From contig CP070695.1 of NCBI GenBank assembly GCA_020353515.1, positions 3,225,532 through 3,289,531 of the forward strand: 64,000 nucleotides of DNA, given 5' to 3'. The DNA is from Candidatus Heimdallarchaeota archaeon. Lineage in GTDB: Archaea > Asgardarchaeota > Heimdallarchaeia > Hodarchaeales > Hodarchaeaceae. Below the pieces are notes generated by a model. That model saw only the letters and a list, made by a program, of their open reading frames with translations. It did no database searches and was not told the origin of the DNA. The translations under genes were made by a program, and so were the position numbers. Of the stretch, positions 58,780 to 64,000 are shown one piece after another (the stretch's first letter is position 1; each line of letters opens with the position of its first letter).

Positions 58780-60543
58780 TTATTCTAGATAGGCAGGTTT
58801 TGGGACATCCCAAGCACCATATACAGGGCTTTCACTTAGAGGATGGTTTCTTTCAACGTTAACCCAGAGAAGAGTTGGTCCTTCTTGCCACTTAAGGGCT
58901 TCTTTAAAATATTTCTGAAACTCTTCTGGATTTTTGATCTTCTTTGCCCAACAACCAAAAGCTTCGGCTAACTGGGTAAAATCTGGGCTGTATGGTTTGT
59001 CGTTTCTAAGAAATTCAGTTCCATAAATACGATTTTTTCCATAAGCATTAATTTGTAAATCTCTAATTGATATCCAGCCAGAATTATCTGCAATTACTAT
59101 TACTATTGGAATTTTTAGCTGTTGAGCAGTTGCCAATTCTTGACAAGTCATTAAGAAACTTCCGTCTCCTTCTACTGAAACAACAGTTCGATTAGGATGA
59201 GCGAGTTTTACACCTATTGCTGCAGGAACACCAAATCCCATTGTACTAAAACCCCCAGATGATATATGTGTCCCTTCAGAAAGAATTTGAAATTCCTGAA
59301 AAAGAGCTGCTTGGGTATGACCTGCACTTGTTACCACATAACCATCTTTTGGTAAAGCTTTTCTTAATTCCATCAGGAGTCTGGAGATGGTCATTGGAGA
59401 TGTATGTTGTTTTAATGGTTCAAGTTTTTCAAACCAGTCTTTTCGTTGTTCTTCCAACCATTTAACGATGGGTTGGTTTGACAAATCAGCTTGTTTTTTA
59501 TTTCGGCTTTTTAATTCCAGAAATATTTGATTTAACGTGGTTTTAATATCTGAAAGGAGAGGTAAATAAACAGGATAGTTTTTTCCAAGTTCACCAGGAT
59601 CAATATCCACCTGAATGACTTTAGTAGGTGGAATTGAGAATGAGACCCCTTTTTCATAACTGCTTGTGGTTTCGTCTGCAAACCTACATCCTAAGGCAAG
59701 AAGTACATCAGCTTTACGAGTCAATTCATTTCCAATTGGGGAACCTTTAGTCCCAGGATAAAATCCAAATAAGGGGTGGTTTTCAACAAATGCTCCTTTT
59801 CCAGCTAATGTGGTACACACAGGAATTCCCAAAAATTCTGAAACTTGTTTAAGCTCAAGAAATGCTTTTGATGAAAGCACACCCCCTCCAGCTAGAATAA
59901 CAGGGTTTTTTGCTGCTAACAGAAGGTCAACCACTTGTTTAATTGCCTCTGGATCTGGAAAGACTCGTTGCTGGTTAATCACAAAAGGTGGATCGTTAAA
60001 AAGCTGCATCTCTTTTGCACTAGACTGGATATCCATTGGGAGATCAATATGAACAGGGCCAGGACGCCCTGTTACAGCTGTTTTAAACGCGTTATGTAAC
60101 ACCCAGGGTAGCTGATCTAAGCTTGTTACTTGGTAACTACGCTTAACAACTGGTTTCATTATTGAAGGGAAATCTGCCCAATGTTTACGTTCAATCTCTT
60201 GAAGAACACCGACACCTTGCCAATGGACATGAACTCCTCCAGTAATGACAATCATTCCGGTGGAATCAACAAATGCTGTTGCTACACCTATCACTGTATT
60301 ACATCCCCCTGGTCCAATGCTTGTAAAAACTACTAAAGGTTTTCCAGTTACACGGAAATATCCATCTGCCAAATGACACGCAGATTGTTCATGTCTTACT
60401 TGAATTAATGGAATTTCATGCTCTAAAAAGGCATCAACAAGTCCTAAACATCCATGGCCTGGAATTCCAATTGCATAAGGTACTTTTTGGGCTTTAATAT
60501 ATTTTGCTACTGCTTCTCCACCAGTGAGTCTAGATGTAGTCAT
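58780..60543 (-). CDS. Thiamine-diphosphate enzyme (acetolactate synthase / IolD-like)
   Basis: GIPGHG, VRHEQ, TSIGPG, VLQEIE, GPVHIDLP, GDGSFLM...DN; ATG 60543 after AGGTGA (track 60609). Confidence 0.9.
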   Translation of the reverse strand: MTTSRLTGGEAVAKYIKAQKVPYAIGIPGHGCLGLVDAFLEHEIPLIQVRHEQSACHLADGYFRVTGKPLVVFTSIGPGGCNTVIGVATAFVDSTGMIVITGGVHVHWQGVGVLQEIERKHWADFPSIMKPVVKRSYQVTSLDQLPWVLHNAFKTAVTGRPGPVHIDLPMDIQSSAKEMQLFNDPPFVINQQRVFPDPEAIKQVVDLLLAAKNPVILAGGGVLSSKAFLELKQVSEFLGIPVCTTLAGKGAFVENHPLFGFYPGTKGSPIGNELTRKADVLLALGCRFADETTSSYEKGVSFSIPPTKVIQVDIDPGELGKNYPVYLPLLSDIKTTLNQIFLELKSRNKKQADLSNQPIVKWLEEQRKDWFEKLEPLKQHTSPMTISRLLMELRKALPKDGYVVTSAGHTQAALFQEFQILSEGTHISSGGFSTMGFGVPAAIGVKLAHPNRTVVSVEGDGSFLMTCQELATAQQLKIPIVIVIADNSGWISIRDLQINAYGKNRIYGTEFLRNDKPYSPDFTQLAEAFGCWAKKIKNPEEFQKYFKEALKWQEGPTLLWVNVERNHPLSESPVYGAWDVPKPAYLE

Positions 60544-60618
60544 CTCTTTCACCTGAATTAAGTGACATATTAAGTAGAATGGAGGCTGTTTTTGAATATT
60601 TAAGAACACTTTGAGATT

Positions 60619-60873
60619 TTAATCCAAGTCTTGATAGATATTAACGCCACATTTTGGACAATAAATTGAATCAGGGGGTAATTTAATCCCACATCTTCTG
60701 CAAAAGACATGTGTATACTTTTGTTCTTCCCTAATAACGTCTCTAAACCCAAAAGCCAGAGGAAGAAGTAGAAACAAGAATAAAAATGGAAAATCAAAGA
60801 AAATGAACAAGATTAGACTTATTACAGAAATTGTAATAGATATAATAAAGATTAAAGCCAATTTAGTCTCCAT
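60619..60873 (-). CDS. Small membrane protein with zinc ribbon
   Basis: N-terminal TM hairpin; FCRRCG...YCPKCG. Confidence 0.8.
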   Translation of the reverse strand: METKLALIFIISITISVISLILFIFFDFPFLFLFLLLPLAFGFRDVIREEQKYTHVFCRRCGIKLPPDSIYCPKCGVNIYQDLD

Positions 60874-60900
60874 TCTGTTCCCAATTTTCTGGTTGATTAT

Positions 60901-62568
60901 TCAAAAAACTGCTCCTTTATCAGTAGAACGAACTAATTTGCGATATTTTTTCAAAACACTTCGATTTTTAGTGATCTTTTGAGGATTAGGGGTAAATTCT
61001 TGTAATCTAGTTTTTAATACTTTCTCCTCAAGTAATACATTTAATTTTCGATCAGGAATAGAATAAGATACTACATCGTTTTCTTTAATAACTCCTATTG
61101 GCCCACCAACAGCTGCTTCAGGAGAGACATGACCGATTACTGCTCCACGAGAGCTTCCAGAAAATCTACCATCAGTAACTAATGCAACATCCACCTCCAG
61201 TCCAGAAATTAATGAGGTGATCGAATGTTGCTCTCTCATCCCTGGTCCGCCGACAGGGCCCTCGTTCCTAACAATCATTACATCTCCAGATTTAATTTTA
61301 TCCGCCCAGAGTGCATCTAATCCAGATTCTAAAGATTCGAACACTCTTGCTGGCCCTTGATATTCCATCATCTTAGATTTTACAGCTACCTGTTTAATGA
61401 CAGCGCCATCAGGAGCCATATTGCCATATAGAATAGCAATTCCTCCTTGTTTTCGGACTGGTGTTTGTAAACTGTGAATTATAGAATCTTTGATTTTCTT
61501 AAAGGGAAAGAGATCAAGATTTTCTCTGATAGTTTTCCCTGTCACGGTTATAATCTCAGTGAAGAGGTTTTGAGCAAGTTTGGACATAATAGAAGGAATC
61601 CCTCCAGAACGATCCAGATGCCAAATAGAATGTGCTCCAGCTGGTTTTAATGAACACAAAACGGGAGTTTTTTGACTAATCTCATCAAATTTTCTCAGAT
61701 TGAGATCTAATTCAAGCTCTTCTGCTAAAGCGATTAAATGAAGTACTGAGTTTAGACTTCCCCCCAAAGCCATATCAATAGTAATAGCATTCATTAATGC
61801 TTTTTCATTCATTATCTGTTTTGGTAAAAGAGGGATTCTTAATAGATTCATGATTTGTTTGCCACTATTACGGGCGATTCTCAACTTGTCTGCCATTACT
61901 CCATGACTGGTAGCACAACCTGGTAATGACATTCCCAATGCCTCCGTGATAGCAGCCATGGTATTTGCGGTACCTAGCATACTGCAGGAGCCAGCAGAAG
62001 GACAAGCCAGCTCTTCAACATGAAAAAGTTCTTGTTCGGTCATTTCTCCTTTTCGAACTTTTCCAATAAACTCTCTCATTTCTACAAGACTTATTTCTTC
62101 TCCATTATACCATCCAGGAAGCATCGGTCCACCTGTAACAATGACTGATGGAATATTAAGCCGTGCGGCAGCCATCAGATGAGCAGGGACAGTCTTATCA
62201 CATGATGGAATTAGAACCATTCCATCAAATCCATGAGCTTCAATCATTATCTCAATTGAATCAACAATGATATCTCTACTTGGTAAGGAATACTTCATTC
62301 CTTGTGTTCCCTGAGCAATTCCGTCACAGACAGCAACAGTATTAAATTCAAAAGGAATACCCCCAGACATTAATATGCCTTCTTTAACCGCTTCAGCTAT
62401 TTTGTTCAGATGTACATGTCCAGGTACAATTTCGGTAAAGGAGTTTACCACGCTGATCCATGGTCTGTCTATATCTTCCTGTCCTAAACCCATACTCTTT
62501 AATAAAGCGCGTGCGGCAGCTCTTTGAATACCATCTTTGATTTTTGTGCTTTTCATAATAAGATCCAT
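60901..62568 (-). CDS. ilvD: Dihydroxy-acid dehydratase (IlvD/Edd family)
   Basis: [50 protein letters not shown]; start 62568 or 62556 (track 62649). Confidence 0.9.
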   Translation of the reverse strand: MDLIMKSTKIKDGIQRAAARALLKSMGLGQEDIDRPWISVVNSFTEIVPGHVHLNKIAEAVKEGILMSGGIPFEFNTVAVCDGIAQGTQGMKYSLPSRDIIVDSIEIMIEAHGFDGMVLIPSCDKTVPAHLMAAARLNIPSVIVTGGPMLPGWYNGEEISLVEMREFIGKVRKGEMTEQELFHVEELACPSAGSCSMLGTANTMAAITEALGMSLPGCATSHGVMADKLRIARNSGKQIMNLLRIPLLPKQIMNEKALMNAITIDMALGGSLNSVLHLIALAEELELDLNLRKFDEISQKTPVLCSLKPAGAHSIWHLDRSGGIPSIMSKLAQNLFTEIITVTGKTIRENLDLFPFKKIKDSIIHSLQTPVRKQGGIAILYGNMAPDGAVIKQVAVKSKMMEYQGPARVFESLESGLDALWADKIKSGDVMIVRNEGPVGGPGMREQHSITSLISGLEVDVALVTDGRFSGSSRGAVIGHVSPEAAVGGPIGVIKENDVVSYSIPDRKLNVLLEEKVLKTRLQEFTPNPQKITKNRSVLKKYRKLVRSTDKGAVF

Positions 62569-62584
62569 TCTCTCTAGACTTTTA

Positions 62585-63670
62585 TTATTCCATTTCGTCA
62601 GGATGTTCTTCTTTATGCGTCTTACAGGAGATATGAGCAGCCTGAGCAAATTGTTGTATTTTTTTCCCTTCCTCAGGAGTTACTTCAGGTTCGGTGTCAT
62701 TAATTATCGCTGCAATGAAGTGGTGAACAGCATTCGAAAAACTAGCTTGCCAATCAGTCTCTATATCGAAATACTCTTTCAATTCTCCATTAAGAAAACT
62801 TATTACGGGAGCTTCATTCCGTATAGTCTTCGCAGTACACTGATTTATCCAAATGTAACCGTTGTCACCCGTAAGCTCAACCCGTTCATCAGCTGCATAA
62901 TAGTTCGATGGAAATTCACAATTTCGTGAATATGTAATATCCATACTTCCATTTGTCCTTGGTGTTTTATACTTCCAGATGAATTTTGCTGGGGAATCGA
63001 TTTTAGGTTCACCATCATCTTCAACGATACCTATGGAGTCGATCCATCCATAAACGGATTCAACTTCTGATTCTATAAACCATCTAGCAATACTCCATTT
63101 ATGGTACCCGTCGTCCCAACATATCGGCCCTCCTCCGCATTGATCTCGATCAAGTCTCCAAAGCCAGGCCTCTAAAGGCACTTCCCAACCACCAGTTCCT
63201 ATTCCTAATTTTATATGAATTGAAGAGACACGGCCTATTTTTCCTTCATCAATCATCGTTTTTGCTAAAATATACGGTGGATAAAAACGAAAATTCTCAA
63301 AAACCCGAAATTTTACACCTGCTTTTTTCGTGGCTGTTATCATCTCATCACATTCTTTGAGAGAATTAGCCATAGGTTTTTGTACCGAGATATGTTTTCC
63401 TGCTTCTGCTGCTTCTATAGTTAAAGGAGCATGAAGGTGGTGTGGAACTAATAACTCCACCGCGTCTATCTTATCATTTTTTAGCATCATTGAGAAATCT
63501 GAGTAGACTCTTTCCTTGGGAACATTCCATTCAGCTGCTTTTTCCTGTGCTTTGGTAGTTTCCACATCACAAAGAGCATATACAGTTGCATTAGGATTTT
63601 CTAAATAACCAGGATAATGTAAATCACTAATTCGGCCGCATCCTACTATTGCAAAGTTTAATTTCTTCAT
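62585..63670 (-). CDS. Gfo/Idh/MocA-family oxidoreductase
   Basis: IVGCGRI Rossmann motif, [26 protein letters not shown]...DDGYH. Confidence 0.92.
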   Translation of the reverse strand: MKKLNFAIVGCGRISDLHYPGYLENPNATVYALCDVETTKAQEKAAEWNVPKERVYSDFSMMLKNDKIDAVELLVPHHLHAPLTIEAAEAGKHISVQKPMANSLKECDEMITATKKAGVKFRVFENFRFYPPYILAKTMIDEGKIGRVSSIHIKLGIGTGGWEVPLEAWLWRLDRDQCGGGPICWDDGYHKWSIARWFIESEVESVYGWIDSIGIVEDDGEPKIDSPAKFIWKYKTPRTNGSMDITYSRNCEFPSNYYAADERVELTGDNGYIWINQCTAKTIRNEAPVISFLNGELKEYFDIETDWQASFSNAVHHFIAAIINDTEPEVTPEEGKKIQQFAQAAHISCKTHKEEHPDEME

Positions 63671-63751
63671 TATCCTTTATTCCTTTTAATTTTAGCTAGT
63701 ATCTAAAATATCCTGAGAGTATTTGATCATTTAAATCGTGAGATAGATAGT

Positions 63752-64000
63752 TTAATCTTTTAATTCCTTTTTAATTTCATCAACAAGAATTGATACTAGT
63801 TTTTCGATGTAAACCTCACCCTTTTCACGTGTTGCCGTTGAAGGATCTCCTAAGATACCATTTTTTGTCAGCGCAGTCATTCCTTTTTCAAAAATTAGTT
63901 GTGATTGTTCTGCTCCAATTTCTCCAACATACCCAATTTCAAATCGTTCTTTTTTAACGAGATCATTTGCTAAAGCTAACATAAAAGAGGTTTCAGATTC
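63752..64000 (-). CDS. Creatininase/amidohydrolase-family protein, 3' part only
   Basis: Open from window edge: ESETSFMLAL...NGILGDPSTATREKGE, a typical creatininase C-terminus. Confidence 0.8.
   Translation of the reverse strand, partial: ESETSFMLALANDLVKKERFEIGYVGEIGAEQSQLIFEKGMTALTKNGILGDPSTATREKGEVYIEKLVSILVDEIKKELKD

Noticed and set aside
4584-62929. Numerous short ORF-track entries overlapping longer genes (e.g. 7058-7351, 9821-10162, 23211-23705, 25494-25817, 41316-41603, 57668-58042, 62537-62929)
   Set aside because: Antisense or alternate-frame shadows of well-supported genes, with no motifs of their own
1-64000. CRISPR arrays, tRNA/rRNA genes, transposases or integrases
   Set aside because: No regularly spaced short repeats, no GC-rich cloverleaf-like segments and no ORF with recognisable DDE or tyrosine-recombinase motifs seen by eye; a tRNAscan/Infernal run would be needed to be certain

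Overview
This 64 kb window is AT-rich and gene-dense, with about 55 CDS. It looks archaeal and most likely comes from an Asgard (Heimdallarchaeia/Hodarchaeales-like) genome. That assignment is inferred from the archaeal/eukaryote-type TrpRS, archaemetzincin, PGF-like C-terminal sorting tails, NosD beta-helix surface proteins and TPR/LRR proteins. I saw no rRNA, tRNA, CRISPR array or transposase/integrase. Most genes are metabolic, regulatory or surface/membrane genes, and the right end is a probable sugar/cyclitol catabolic cluster. Best leads: (1) a single-pass beta-helix/Fn3 receptor-like protein and the adjacent soluble double-zinc-ribbon protein share an unrecognised ~150-aa C-terminal domain (~45% identical by eye, both ending ISFY), a candidate homotypic receptor-adaptor system; (2) a chlD-like gene has an in-frame A10G slippery site just after the AAA+ domain that would yield a ChlI-sized product; (3) a lone, circularly permuted ABC solute-binding gene sits between diverged direct repeats made of the 3' ends of both flanking genes; (4) a tandem SagB/nitroreductase is fused to a di-heme-type membrane domain next to a ferredoxin; (5) a CTL/SLC44-like transporter and a GDT1 transporter with a Cys4 loop. 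All family calls are by motif recognition; no database searches were run.
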